A DNA stretch of 64,000 nucleotides. Source: a virus. The DNA is taken from the IMG/VR virus record IMGVR_UViG_3300009149_000025, positions 5,825 through 69,824 of that record; one strand, given 5' to 3'. Positions 29,229 through 39,223 of this stretch are shown here, one piece after another. The position numbers were made by a program, and so were the translations under genes. Under the pieces are notes generated by a model. It saw only the letters and a program-made list of their open reading frames with translations. It was not told the origin of the DNA and did no database searches. The stretch's first letter is position 1. Each line of letters begins with the position of its first letter.

Positions 29229-29663
29229 ATGAAAAAAATATTTTTATTTTTAGTTATTCTATTTTCTTCATTTTTAATGTTTTCTCAATCGGATGATAAT
29301 TTTGCAATAAACATACCATTTGATTGGTTACAAGTTGATAGAGTTGGTAATAATTATGAATATGGTTATGATATTCACAATGTACATAGTCCATCTTTTA
29401 TAATAACAAAAACAGTAGAAAATACTAAAAATGGGTATTTATATAAAATATGGGTTGCATCTAATACAGTTCAAAATGGTGCTTATCGAAATATTCAAAT
29501 AGATGATATTTCTGTTTTATATTATGGTGGTTATAATTGGATAAGTGTTTTTGATATTAACTTTACTATTATAGGTGGAGAATCCACACTTGTGACTTAT
29601 TTTTATAATAATGATCCAAATTTACAAATATCATTTCAATGGTATAATATAAAAATTAATTAA
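29229..29663 (+). CDS. secreted protein with signal peptide
   Basis: MKKIFLFLVILFSSFLMFSQ, a Bacteroidota-style signal ending before Gln. Confidence 0.65.
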   Translation: MKKIFLFLVILFSSFLMFSQSDDNFAINIPFDWLQVDRVGNNYEYGYDIHNVHSPSFIITKTVENTKNGYLYKIWVASNTVQNGAYRNIQIDDISVLYYGGYNWISVFDINFTIIGGESTLVTYFYNNDPNLQISFQWYNIKIN

Positions 29664-29669
29664 ATAATT

Positions 29670-30026
29670 ATGACTGTTCTATCAGAAGACAATGTTGTTC
29701 AAATTAAGATGAGTTTTTTAATTTGGTTTTGTGTTATTATTTTTAGTGTGTTTTCGGCTTTATTTGGTTGGCAACAAATTCAATTATCAAATATGAAAGA
29801 TAATATAAAAGATTTTGAAGATAATCAAATTGCAAAAATATATGAAAGTATAGGAGAAAATGGTGATAAAATATATGTAATACAAACTACAGATTTACCA
29901 AATATTACTACTTTAACATCTGTCCAACAGTCACAGTTAAATACTATATTTACAGTTCTTTTTGGAAAACCAGTTGAAAGTAATTTCAATACAAATTCAC
30001 CGACTTTACCAACGAGAGGTAATTAA
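29670..30026 (+). CDS. single-TM coiled-coil protein
   Basis: FLIWFCVIIFSVFSALFGW. Confidence 0.55.
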   Translation: MTVLSEDNVVQIKMSFLIWFCVIIFSVFSALFGWQQIQLSNMKDNIKDFEDNQIAKIYESIGENGDKIYVIQTTDLPNITTLTSVQQSQLNTIFTVLFGKPVESNFNTNSPTLPTRGN

Positions 30027-30115
30027 ATAAAACCAATTTTGAAAATTACTATATAATAATTGACGTATTAAATTTGACTTTTGAGGGTATAAGATGCCCT
30101 TAAAAAAAAATTTTT

Positions 30116-31030
30116 ATGAAGAAAGTAAATTACAGAACGAATTACATTGAACCTCAGGATTTTAACGATACAATATCGAAATTAAGAGGTTTTTTTATGC
30201 AAAAAGGATTTATTGAAACATTCCCACAACCTAAGTTAACAATCCTAGCAGCATGTGAAGATCCAAAAACAGTGAAGACATTTAATTTTGATAATAATGT
30301 TTGGCCTTTACCACAAACTAACCAAATGAATTTAGAAGAAGAATTAATGGTTTCTAAAGATGTAGATGGGTTATTTTGTATGACGGCATCATATAGAGAT
30401 GAACCAAATCCAGTAGAAGGAAGACATATGAAAACATTCCCAATGTTTGAAGCAGAACACAAGGGGGATTTTGAACATTTAATAAAAACAATTAGTGAAT
30501 GTTGTGTTTATTTGGAATTAGTGGATAGTGTAGAAGATATACCAATTTTTACTTATGATGAATTATGTGAACATTACAAAACAGATGAATTAACATCAGA
30601 ACACGAAACTAAAATGTGGGAAGAATATGGTAATGTTGTTGCTATAACATATTTTCCAGAAAGAACAAGTCCATTTTTCAATATGAAACAAGGTGGGTAT
30701 AATAAACAAGGTGAAAAGATTTCTAAAAAAGTGGATTTTATAGTATGTGGTCAAGAAACTTTTGGTTGTGCTGAAAGGGAATGTGATGTAGATGTCATGA
30801 GAGAAAATTTCCACACAATTAGTGATGGTGAGTATTCTGGACTATTATATGATAAATTTGGAAAAGAAAGAGTATCTGAAGAACTTGAACAATTTCTTAA
30901 ATTACCTATGATAGATAGATGGGGATTTGGTATGGGAATTACTAGGTTGGTTAGAGCTCTTAAAATAGTTAAAGAACAAAAAAAGGTGAAATCGGCTCAC
31001 GAAATATTCTTTAGTCAAGAACATGTGTAA
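30116..31030 (+). CDS. class II aaRS catalytic-domain protein (AsnRS/AspRS-like, no anticodon-binding domain)
   Basis: Motif 2 SYRDEP...RH...FPMFEAE; GQETFG; motif 3 GFGMGITRL; 304 aa. Confidence 0.85.
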   Translation: MKKVNYRTNYIEPQDFNDTISKLRGFFMQKGFIETFPQPKLTILAACEDPKTVKTFNFDNNVWPLPQTNQMNLEEELMVSKDVDGLFCMTASYRDEPNPVEGRHMKTFPMFEAEHKGDFEHLIKTISECCVYLELVDSVEDIPIFTYDELCEHYKTDELTSEHETKMWEEYGNVVAITYFPERTSPFFNMKQGGYNKQGEKISKKVDFIVCGQETFGCAERECDVDVMRENFHTISDGEYSGLLYDKFGKERVSEELEQFLKLPMIDRWGFGMGITRLVRALKIVKEQKKVKSAHEIFFSQEHV

Positions 31031-31032
31031 AT

Positions 31033-31065
31033 AAAAAAAGGGGTGAATTTTCACCCCTTTTTTTT
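31033..31065. terminator. bidirectional intrinsic terminator
   Basis: A-run GGGGTGAA-TT-TTCACCCC T-run between convergent genes. Confidence 0.85.
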
Positions 31066-31067
31066 AT

Positions 31068-31991
31068 TTAATTTAAATAATCTTCTTCATCATTTTCTAA
31101 CCATCCTCTAAAACCAGGATCATTTCTGAAACCTTCATCTATCAATCCTTGAACAATATCTTCTTTGGTCAAATCACGATTTCTAACTCCGAATACTGCT
31201 TCCATATCTTCAGTTGTTGATACACCTACTCTACGTAGTGCTCTTTTAACATCTGTTGATAAGTTATGTCCACCTAGTCTATCATCAAGACAATTCTCTC
31301 TTCTATAATAAGAATATGCTGTTAAATATACACATATATCACCATCACCCATACCTGCTTCATAATTATCACTAACTGCGAAAAGATAATCATTAGGAAC
31401 ATTATCTACTTTATTATCTCTATCCCAAATATCATCATTGTTATTATTAAATCCACCACCATTTCCAACTAATCCATCATCGAAATCACTATCTATTTGA
31501 GTAGATGGATCGATAGTTGTAAATCTATTTGTTGAATAGTAAAATACTTTCTTTTTACCTTCATCAGTGTGTCTATGACAACCAATGTCAATTTTACCAC
31601 TTGAATTAATTTTTAAAACTGTAAATTTATCTTTTGTATTTAAGAATTGGGTTGCATATGATGGTAAATTATCTCCTGATTTGGTTAATGGGTAAACTTC
31701 GTCACCAATATCAAATTTTTTGGGTGGTCTTGGTATTTTACCAAGTGGTTGTCCATCACCATCAACCAAATTAAATCCACCAAATTTTTTGGGTGTGGAT
31801 TGCCTTGTTTCAGATGGGGTTGATGGTTGGTTTTTAAGTTTTTCTAAATTTATATCTTCTCCATTGGATATTTTATTTAGTAAATCTTTTTCTTCATCTG
31901 TTAATTTATCGAACCCATCATTTGAAATTTTATCTAATAATGCATTCATTAAATCATTAATATCATTAAAATCGTTGTAGTTTATAATCAT
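31068..31991 (-). CDS. hypothetical protein with DUF6576-like N-terminal helical domain
   Basis: ALLDKISNDGFDKLTDEEKDLL. Confidence 0.6.
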   Translation of the reverse strand: MIINYNDFNDINDLMNALLDKISNDGFDKLTDEEKDLLNKISNGEDINLEKLKNQPSTPSETRQSTPKKFGGFNLVDGDGQPLGKIPRPPKKFDIGDEVYPLTKSGDNLPSYATQFLNTKDKFTVLKINSSGKIDIGCHRHTDEGKKKVFYYSTNRFTTIDPSTQIDSDFDDGLVGNGGGFNNNNDDIWDRDNKVDNVPNDYLFAVSDNYEAGMGDGDICVYLTAYSYYRRENCLDDRLGGHNLSTDVKRALRRVGVSTTEDMEAVFGVRNRDLTKEDIVQGLIDEGFRNDPGFRGWLENDEEDYLN

Positions 31992-32023
31992 CTTTATTAT
32001 TTTTTTGTAAAGATAATAATTTT

Positions 32024-32434
32024 TTATTTATTTAGGAAACTTATTGGTAATTTTTTTCTAATTGAAATCCAATCAGAAATTTTTCTAGTTAAATATTGGA
32101 ATGATTGTTCAAGGTTTAATTTTCCATTATCTGTTAATTTTCCATCATTCCATTCGTATCCTCTTATATCCAATTGGTGAAGTTGCCAAGGTTTGCCTTT
32201 AATTTCGTGACATTTAAATTCATGGATATTATTATCGTTAGTTGGGTTTATAAATATGACTTTATCACAACTGTTTAAGTCATCGTCTGTGAATGAATTG
32301 AAATCTTTTTTGGTTTTTATATGCGATAATTTATTTTCTTTTATCCAATTATTAATCATATCAATCATTTTAACACCTATTCCATTATCTTGATTGGTGT
32401 TGTTTTCTGTGCAATAAATAAGAATGTTTTTCAT
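32024..32434 (-). CDS. degenerate LMW-PTP-like protein
   Basis: ILIYCTENN, DDLNSCDKVIF; lacks the CX5R arginine. Confidence 0.35.
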   Translation of the reverse strand: MKNILIYCTENNTNQDNGIGVKMIDMINNWIKENKLSHIKTKKDFNSFTDDDLNSCDKVIFINPTNDNNIHEFKCHEIKGKPWQLHQLDIRGYEWNDGKLTDNGKLNLEQSFQYLTRKISDWISIRKKLPISFLNK

Positions 32435-32482
32435 AATAACTATTTGTTTTTATAAATATAATAAAAATTATTAAAAGTTTAT

Positions 32483-32764
32483 CTAGTTCTTCTTAATTTG
32501 TTCTTTAAATAATCTATATTGTTCTTTGAACCAGGGATGTTCTAATTCTTCATCCCAAGATGTAAATGTTAAATTAACTCCACGATCATCATCATCATGT
32601 GAATAATAATCAGTTAATACTATAACAGCACAACCACCATCTTCTACACTTAATTCATCATCTGGATCAATCATATCATTGAATTTATTAAAAATATCTT
32701 GTTTTGTTGGTTCTTCATTGTCCCAATCGTCATCATAACCTTCATTAAATTTTCTTATTTTCAT
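32483..32764 (-). CDS. acidic hypothetical protein
   Basis: Leader MKIRKFNEGYDDDWDNEE; ends in TAG. Confidence 0.6.
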   Translation of the reverse strand: MKIRKFNEGYDDDWDNEEPTKQDIFNKFNDMIDPDDELSVEDGGCAVIVLTDYYSHDDDDRGVNLTFTSWDEELEHPWFKEQYRLFKEQIKKN

Positions 32765-32771
32765 TTTCTTA

Positions 32772-34970
32772 TTATTGTTTTTTGTACCAATTATCTATAT
32801 TTTTTATACCTAAGTTATAAGTTCTACTATTAGATAATTTTAAATTTCCATCATCATCAATTTTAGCTCCTTTGTTATAAATTCTTTTGTAAGAATCACT
32901 TAATATGCTTATTGTTCCATTATCTCTTTTATCTGAATAATCAAAAATTAATGGTTTATAATCATCTGGTAATCCATTTTCGATATAGTCTTCAATCGAT
33001 TCTTTGTAATGTGGGTGTCCAAATACCGATGTTAGGTTTACTAAGCTCATCACCATATCATCATGTCCTGATTGTGATTTATATGTTACATCCCCAGATG
33101 GTGTTTCTTTTTTGGCAAATGATTTTAATTCTATTATATTGGAATCATTACTAAGAGATAAATTATCTTTTATCATATTATCTTGAAACTCTTTTATGTT
33201 ATATTTTTTATCTCTACCTATTAATAGTCCTTTTTTAACTATTTTATCTTTTTGATTGTGTTTAAATCTCAAGAAAACATAATCACCATAATCGTTTTCG
33301 CCTTCAAAAACATATGGCATAGATTGGAAAAGTAGATTTCCTAAATTTTTATTCATTTCAACTACACATTTAACTTTTTCAGGATCAAAGAATTCAAATA
33401 CCAACATGTAAAGAATATGGGCAAGTTCACTTATTTTATAAATATTTGATCTCCATAAACCTATTTGTTCCAATTTAAAGAAATCGTAAAGATTGTGTAT
33501 GGATTCTTTGTTATTTTCAATCCATTCTTTATCTTTTGGTAATAATCTAAATATATTTATAACACTATAATCTAATCCTAATCCTTCTGCTAAATCTATA
33601 CCAATAAAGATATGATAATTTTTTTGATTACCCATTTCAAATATTTCTGGACTATCGTTTACAAAATGTAAATTGTTATAAGGGATTGGTAATTTTCTGC
33701 TAAAATTATCGATTTCGATATGTTCATATTTTTTAATATTTTTAGTCATTTGTTGGAATTTAACAGTGTCAAATAGTGTTTTATCGTCTGTTAAAAATTC
33801 TAATCCAAATTCCTGTTTGAAGAAACTTTCACCACCAATAAGTTTTGTTTGTTCTTCTTCCCATGTGCTGATTTTACACAATTCTGCTAATGGAATTTTT
33901 TTACCATCATTCATAGGAATCATAAGTTTTCTAATATCGGTAACTCCTGCTTTTGGATATGGTATAGTTTCTTTTTCGTCTTTATAAAATTTGATGAATA
34001 TTGTAACATCACTATTTACAGTTTCTTCATATAATTTATACCCTAAAGATTTTAAATAATTTTTAATAAATGTTCCTGTTATTCCATATTGTGAATATTT
34101 TCTAATTTTGGTTTTATTTAATAATATTTTAGTATCTCTTCGTCCATTTTTTTCATACCAATATACTCTCATAGGTTTATATCCATTGTTATCATCATCA
34201 TCTTCTGGTTTTTCGGCACCTGTTATTAATTCCCAAAATAAGTTAAATCCATCAGGTGTTGATGATATAATAATTTTAGAATCGTTAATGGACGACACAA
34301 CAGGAACAACTTCAGCATAATATTTCCTTATTATTGTATCAGGTACTTTGGCAAATTCATCAAGATATAGTAAATCAATTGTAAAACCGATAGCTGGTTC
34401 AGCTGTTCTTGCTTCTGTTTGAATTCTTGAACCATTTTCAAGTGCAATTGCACTTTCATTCCAGTTCGTAACTCCCTCTTTTAAGAAAAATGGTAAAAGC
34501 TTGTAAATCCCTTTTATTTTGTTTATAATTTCCTTTGTGGTTTTAGATTTATTTGCAACAATCATTACACCCTTATTACTATGAAATAAAACAAACCATA
34601 AAATATAGATGGCTGCCGATACAGTTTTACCAGTTTGACGACTTGCCATTAAAATGGAATATCTATTATCGTTAAATAATTTTATTATTTCTTTTTGATA
34701 TCTTCTTAATTTTATTTCACCAATTGTACCATCTTCTCTTTTAATTTTACAATATTTTTGGGCGAAATAAAAAACACTTAATTTACATTTAATATATTCT
34801 TCTCTTTCAGCCTTAGTCATAGCAAATGAAATTCCACCTTTTCTAACTCCCCTATTTCTACTGTGCCATAGAATTTCGGTTCTTTTTAATTTAAGAGCAT
34901 ATTTTTCTTTCTGTTGGATTTCATCTACCTTTTTGGTAGTCATTACATTACTTTCTTGGTTATCAGCCAT
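32772..34970 (-). CDS. terL: terminase large subunit (T4 gp17-like)
   Basis: LRRYQ, SRQTGKT (Walker A), LLYLDEFA (Walker B), SSTPDG, GIDLAEGLGLDYS, HDDMVMS. Confidence 0.95.
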   Translation of the reverse strand: MADNQESNVMTTKKVDEIQQKEKYALKLKRTEILWHSRNRGVRKGGISFAMTKAEREEYIKCKLSVFYFAQKYCKIKREDGTIGEIKLRRYQKEIIKLFNDNRYSILMASRQTGKTVSAAIYILWFVLFHSNKGVMIVANKSKTTKEIINKIKGIYKLLPFFLKEGVTNWNESAIALENGSRIQTEARTAEPAIGFTIDLLYLDEFAKVPDTIIRKYYAEVVPVVSSINDSKIIISSTPDGFNLFWELITGAEKPEDDDDNNGYKPMRVYWYEKNGRRDTKILLNKTKIRKYSQYGITGTFIKNYLKSLGYKLYEETVNSDVTIFIKFYKDEKETIPYPKAGVTDIRKLMIPMNDGKKIPLAELCKISTWEEEQTKLIGGESFFKQEFGLEFLTDDKTLFDTVKFQQMTKNIKKYEHIEIDNFSRKLPIPYNNLHFVNDSPEIFEMGNQKNYHIFIGIDLAEGLGLDYSVINIFRLLPKDKEWIENNKESIHNLYDFFKLEQIGLWRSNIYKISELAHILYMLVFEFFDPEKVKCVVEMNKNLGNLLFQSMPYVFEGENDYGDYVFLRFKHNQKDKIVKKGLLIGRDKKYNIKEFQDNMIKDNLSLSNDSNIIELKSFAKKETPSGDVTYKSQSGHDDMVMSLVNLTSVFGHPHYKESIEDYIENGLPDDYKPLIFDYSDKRDNGTISILSDSYKRIYNKGAKIDDDGNLKLSNSRTYNLGIKNIDNWYKKQ

Positions 34971-35434
34971 TACATGTTAATTGATTTTTTAATATTATCA
35001 AATTTTTTATTTGATATAATTTTTTTGGAACTATATAAATAGTCTTCTACTTTCTTTTTTATGTTATTATCAATGGGTTTTATGATATAATCAATTGAAC
35101 CAATGTTGTATCCTTTTATTTTATCTTCATTTGTTTCATATATTGCTGTTATAAATACAATAGGAGTATCTATGTTTTTACCATATTTACCATATTTTAT
35201 CTTGGTAGCTAATTCATACCCATCCATTCCATTCATTTGGATATCTAACAGTAGTAGAGAAAAGTCTATTTCTTTAAGTAATTTTTCAGCACCAAATGGA
35301 TTATAAGATTTATATATTTTTACATCTTTGATTTTTTCAATGTACCCTTCTAATAAAGTAACATTATCTACTGTGTCATCAACGATGAGTATATTATGTG
35401 TTTTTTTGTTAAATATTTTTGATAAACATTTCAT
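34970..35434 (-). CDS. stand-alone response regulator receiver domain
   Basis: ILIVDD, LLDIQMNGMDG, FITA, DYIIKP. Confidence 0.9.
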   Translation of the reverse strand: MKCLSKIFNKKTHNILIVDDTVDNVTLLEGYIEKIKDVKIYKSYNPFGAEKLLKEIDFSLLLLDIQMNGMDGYELATKIKYGKYGKNIDTPIVFITAIYETNEDKIKGYNIGSIDYIIKPIDNNIKKKVEDYLYSSKKIISNKKFDNIKKSINM

Positions 35435-35449
35435 GATTTTATATTTTTT

Positions 35450-35824
35450 TTAGTCAATAATAAAATTTATATTATAGTTATTAATACCAAATCTAAGATA
35501 CATTATATCCCTCAAAGTACCTTCGTATATGTCTACATTAAGTGAATACCCAATTGTGGATAATTCTGGTATATATGTATTGATTTGATTATTCATTCTT
35601 TTCTTTATTTCATATGATGGTATAGAAGTTGACCATAAATAATATTCTAAATTTGAACCAATATTAAAGTCACCATATAAATCTCCTTGATTTGTAAAAA
35701 TTAACATTTCTAATTTTTGTATAAGAACGTTAATTAGTTCTTCTTCAACTAATTTACCTTCTTCGTAATTTGGGTGTGATTTTCCTTTTATGTAAAAATC
35801 AGTATGATCACTATTCTTTGCCAT
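35450..35824 (-). CDS. gp25-like baseplate wedge protein
   Basis: QKLEMLIFTNQGDLYGDFNIGSNLEYYLW...QINTYIPE. Confidence 0.65.
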   Translation of the reverse strand: MAKNSDHTDFYIKGKSHPNYEEGKLVEEELINVLIQKLEMLIFTNQGDLYGDFNIGSNLEYYLWSTSIPSYEIKKRMNNQINTYIPELSTIGYSLNVDIYEGTLRDIMYLRFGINNYNINFIID

Positions 35825-35874
35825 ATCTAAAGACCTTTTTCTTTTTATATATAAAAAATAAACAATCTTATTTT

Positions 35875-36138
35875 ATGAATATATCGGTTATTGATTACAT
35901 TGGTGAATTACATGGTGGTGTAGCTATCTTATTATCGTGGATAATAGATGATGAATATTTTGAATTTGTATTCTGGTTTGATAGGAATGACGAATATAAA
36001 GTTTATTCCGATGAAAAATTAAACAATAAGTTAGGTATAGATGATATTATGAAATGGGATAAGTTACAATATTTGATAATATATGTTAATTTGATTTTAC
36101 CATCAAAAGATGATATATTTAATGAATTTAATATTTAA
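35875..36138 (+). CDS. hypothetical protein
   Basis: ATG at 35875 (MNISVIDYIGELHGGVA) preferred over the upstream TTG. Confidence 0.55.
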   Translation: MNISVIDYIGELHGGVAILLSWIIDDEYFEFVFWFDRNDEYKVYSDEKLNNKLGIDDIMKWDKLQYLIIYVNLILPSKDDIFNEFNI

Positions 36139-36149
36139 TATATAAGGAT

Positions 36150-36809
36150 ATGAGCTCGGAAAATGAATCAATGAAAAGCAACACTATCATTGAAAGGATG
36201 ATGAATGAAACCTCTACCGATGGAATGGATTGGATATTCTTAGGTGTGGGTATGGATGAAGGTGGCAAGAAAAATATATTCATGTCTTTTGTAAATTTAT
36301 ATGGTGCTAAAAATTTGATAATTGAAGTATTGATGTATAAAGATAAACATAAGAATAAGATATTAATTTATATGGAAAATGCAAAAACAAATGATCAAAT
36401 ACCATTAAAGGATATTAAATTTAATAAAAATATTACAAAACTGTGTTTAAAGGTTTTAGATTCAGTAAAAGGTTATCTTGATGATGAGGAATTTTTGGAT
36501 ATTTATAAAGAGTTGAAACCTTTGTATAAAGTAGAAGATAATTTTAACGATTTTTTAGCTTTTGAAGAAGAAGAATTTGAAGATGAAGAAGAAATAAGTA
36601 ACAAACTTGTAGATACAGATGCTTCTGAAACTAGTTATTTGGATTATGAGGATGAAATAAAAAAATTGTTATATAAAAAGGGAGATAAAAAATATTGGGA
36701 TAATTATGTAAAAGGTTTTATATTTAGTCAGTATGTATTGGATGGTTGGGAAGATAGAATCACACCAGAAGAAGTATCTAGTGATATTCACACAGATCAC
36801 AAATTATAA
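36150..36809 (+). CDS. hypothetical protein
   Basis: 219 aa; internal NFNDFLAFEEEEFEDEEE. Confidence 0.6.
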   Translation: MSSENESMKSNTIIERMMNETSTDGMDWIFLGVGMDEGGKKNIFMSFVNLYGAKNLIIEVLMYKDKHKNKILIYMENAKTNDQIPLKDIKFNKNITKLCLKVLDSVKGYLDDEEFLDIYKELKPLYKVEDNFNDFLAFEEEEFEDEEEISNKLVDTDASETSYLDYEDEIKKLLYKKGDKKYWDNYVKGFIFSQYVLDGWEDRITPEEVSSDIHTDHKL

Positions 36810-36810
36810 G

Positions 36811-37476
36811 TTAAGATACAATAGTAATAGTTATACCATTTTCTTTTAAGATAACCTTTATATCATCATTAGATAGTATGTCTTTAAATACTTCATCTTT
36901 ATTTTCAATGTTTTTCAGTATCCAATTTTGTCCATTACTAACATAGATATATTTTTTATCGCCTTTAACAAGTTCAATTGTTTTTGAACTTAGTTTTTCA
37001 TAGAAATTGCTAAAATTACCGTTTATTTTATAGATTTTAATTTTATCCCTATTCCATTCACCATTTATATCTTTTGTTTGGAATATAACATATAAAGGAT
37101 CATCCAATTTTTCTAACTTATCCATTTTTCTATTTTCTCTCTTATGAATTAATAAATATTTAATATCATCAATTATGTAAGTATCATAATCTTTAGTATT
37201 TTGTAATTCACTTATGAATAGTTCTTTCTTTGATAAATTATCATTGAAATCTGGATTGTCTCTTAATTGTTCTAATGTGTAATTGTCATCATATTTTTTT
37301 ATATCAAAATTGAAAGGTTCTCCTACAAAATCAACTGGTTCTGCATTTACTGTATTCATTAACATATCAGAATCAACAACAATACTTTCGAGTATTTCTG
37401 CATCAGCTACTAATGGTATGTTTTCAATTTCTTCTAAGAAATTTTCAAATAAAAATATATTGTAATTTTTTAACAT
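36811..37476 (-). CDS. hypothetical protein with capsid-targeting-like leader
   Basis: MLKNYNIFLFE. Confidence 0.6.
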   Translation of the reverse strand: MLKNYNIFLFENFLEEIENIPLVADAEILESIVVDSDMLMNTVNAEPVDFVGEPFNFDIKKYDDNYTLEQLRDNPDFNDNLSKKELFISELQNTKDYDTYIIDDIKYLLIHKRENRKMDKLEKLDDPLYVIFQTKDINGEWNRDKIKIYKINGNFSNFYEKLSSKTIELVKGDKKYIYVSNGQNWILKNIENKDEVFKDILSNDDIKVILKENGITITIVS

Positions 37477-37490
37477 TTTGGTTTTTTGTT

Positions 37491-37922
37491 TTATAGATTA
37501 TTTATAATATTATCATGATCTCTATCACGGATAAAATTTTTCTTTTTTTTATAAAGTTTTTTAATCATTTTTAATATTTTTGATGAATATGGTATTTTCG
37601 GTGTAATGATTTCATTGTCATCAACAACATCATCCCATTCTTCATCCTCTAAATCTTCATTGTCTTTTATTAAAATTTTAACATTTGTGTATCCGTGTCC
37701 CATTGTTATATTATCACTCATTGTTACTATATATAAATATAAATCATCATTATCTATTTTGAAATCCCATGTATGGTTTGGGTTGTGATGCACGTTATAA
37801 TCTATATTATCACTTTCGTAAATATCTGTCAGTTTTTTATGTATTAAATCTATAACTTTATTAGTTTTCTTACTATTAAATATTCTAATACCCCATTCTT
37901 CATATAATTTTAAATGTTTCAT
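37491..37922 (-). CDS. MKHLKLYE-leader family protein
   Basis: MKHLKLYEEW. Confidence 0.65.
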   Translation of the reverse strand: MKHLKLYEEWGIRIFNSKKTNKVIDLIHKKLTDIYESDNIDYNVHHNPNHTWDFKIDNDDLYLYIVTMSDNITMGHGYTNVKILIKDNEDLEDEEWDDVVDDNEIITPKIPYSSKILKMIKKLYKKKKNFIRDRDHDNIINNL

Positions 37923-37952
37923 AATGTTTTTATCATTTTTTTAATATTTTAT

Positions 37953-38288
37953 TTATAATACTTTTCTAATTCCTTTACTGTGTTCTCCATGTATAACACA
38001 GACATCAATTGGTAATATTATTTCTTTATTATCATGATCTTTAATAACAGCAAACATCATTCCTGATTTACTTCTTGATCCAATCATTTTTTGTATTTTG
38101 AATTTATAACCGATTAATTTATATAATTGTATTTTTCTATTTGGATCTGTTATATTGTACATATAATCCACTAAATTTGGTTTAATAACTATAGTATCAC
38201 CTTTTTTAAATGGTATGTATTTTTCTTCTTCATCAAAGTCATCTTCATCCCATTCATCGAAATTTTCATATAATTTTAAATGTTTCAT
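37953..38288 (-). CDS. MKHLKLYE-leader family protein
   Basis: MKHLKLYENFDEWDEDDFDEEE. Confidence 0.65.
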   Translation of the reverse strand: MKHLKLYENFDEWDEDDFDEEEKYIPFKKGDTIVIKPNLVDYMYNITDPNRKIQLYKLIGYKFKIQKMIGSRSKSGMMFAVIKDHDNKEIILPIDVCVIHGEHSKGIRKVL

Positions 38289-38351
38289 GATGTTATATAT
38301 TAAAAAACAAAATCTAAAAATTGTAATATAAATAAAAAATAAACTATAATT

Positions 38352-38990
38352 ATGGAAAGTGCGTTTGATTTTTTCGATAAAATGTTTTGTATCAATTTAG
38401 ATGAAAGAACAGATAGGTGGGAAATTTGTAAAAAGGAATTTGAAAAGGTTGGTATATTGGATAAGGTGGAAAGATTTTCTGCTGTTAAAGATGTTGATGG
38501 AAGAATAGGTATTATTAAATCTAATTTGGAAATTGTTAAATATGCCAAGGAAAATAAATTAAATAATGTTCTTGTATTTGAAGATGATGTGGAATTTATA
38601 ACTGATGATACAGAAGGTAATTTGAAAAAATCTTTATCACAAGTTGGGACATTAAAATGGTCACTTTTTTATCTTGGAGCAAATACACATAATAAACTTC
38701 TTAAAATAAAACCAAATTTAATTTTAATTAAAAATTCATATGCTGTTCATGCAATGGCTTATAATAAAGTGGTTTATGATAATTTTATAAGAAAGTATGA
38801 AGGAATGGATAGAATAACAAAGCATTCTGATATTTTAGATGTTTATTTGGCTGAACAAATTCAATCTAAATATGTTTGTTTGATGACTAATCCAATGTTG
38901 GCAACACAACGAAACGATTATAGTGATATAGAAAAAAGAGAAGTTAATCAGAATTACATTGAAGAAAGATTTAAAAAGAACATAAAATGA
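38352..38990 (+). CDS. glycosyltransferase family 25
   Basis: CINLDERTDR, ERFSAV, LVFEDD, YLGA, HAMAY. Confidence 0.85.
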   Translation: MESAFDFFDKMFCINLDERTDRWEICKKEFEKVGILDKVERFSAVKDVDGRIGIIKSNLEIVKYAKENKLNNVLVFEDDVEFITDDTEGNLKKSLSQVGTLKWSLFYLGANTHNKLLKIKPNLILIKNSYAVHAMAYNKVVYDNFIRKYEGMDRITKHSDILDVYLAEQIQSKYVCLMTNPMLATQRNDYSDIEKREVNQNYIEERFKKNIK

Positions 38991-39213
38991 TTTTAGAAAG
39001 AGTGTATTTTTTTATGATTTAAAAGATTATGATGAATTATTAAATAGTATTAAATTTAATGATAAAATGAACAATATAGATAGGGATTATATTTTATATA
39101 AAGTAAAATTATCAGATAGAAATATTATTCATACTGATCCAAATTATATAAATGGTTTTTACACAACTGATAATATTAGTCCATTCGATATTGAAATAAT
39201 AAAAATAAATTAG
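38987..39213 (+). pseudogene. frameshifted, truncated remnant related to 60495..61247 (ART/Tpt1-like)
   Basis: MILERVYFF, then a -1 shift in the T7 run at 39007-39013 gives YDLKDYDELLNSIKFND...TDPNYINGFYTTDNISPFDIEII; compare RIFF...NSIHFQ...DDNSNGIYTNDLIPKEKI. Confidence 0.6.
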
Positions 39214-39223
39214 AAAATCGTTG

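Noticed and set aside
33864-34133. Intein or group I intron in the terminase
   Set aside because: No intein terminal residues, no endonuclease motif, an open frame, and no recognisable intron core; kept only as an insertion.
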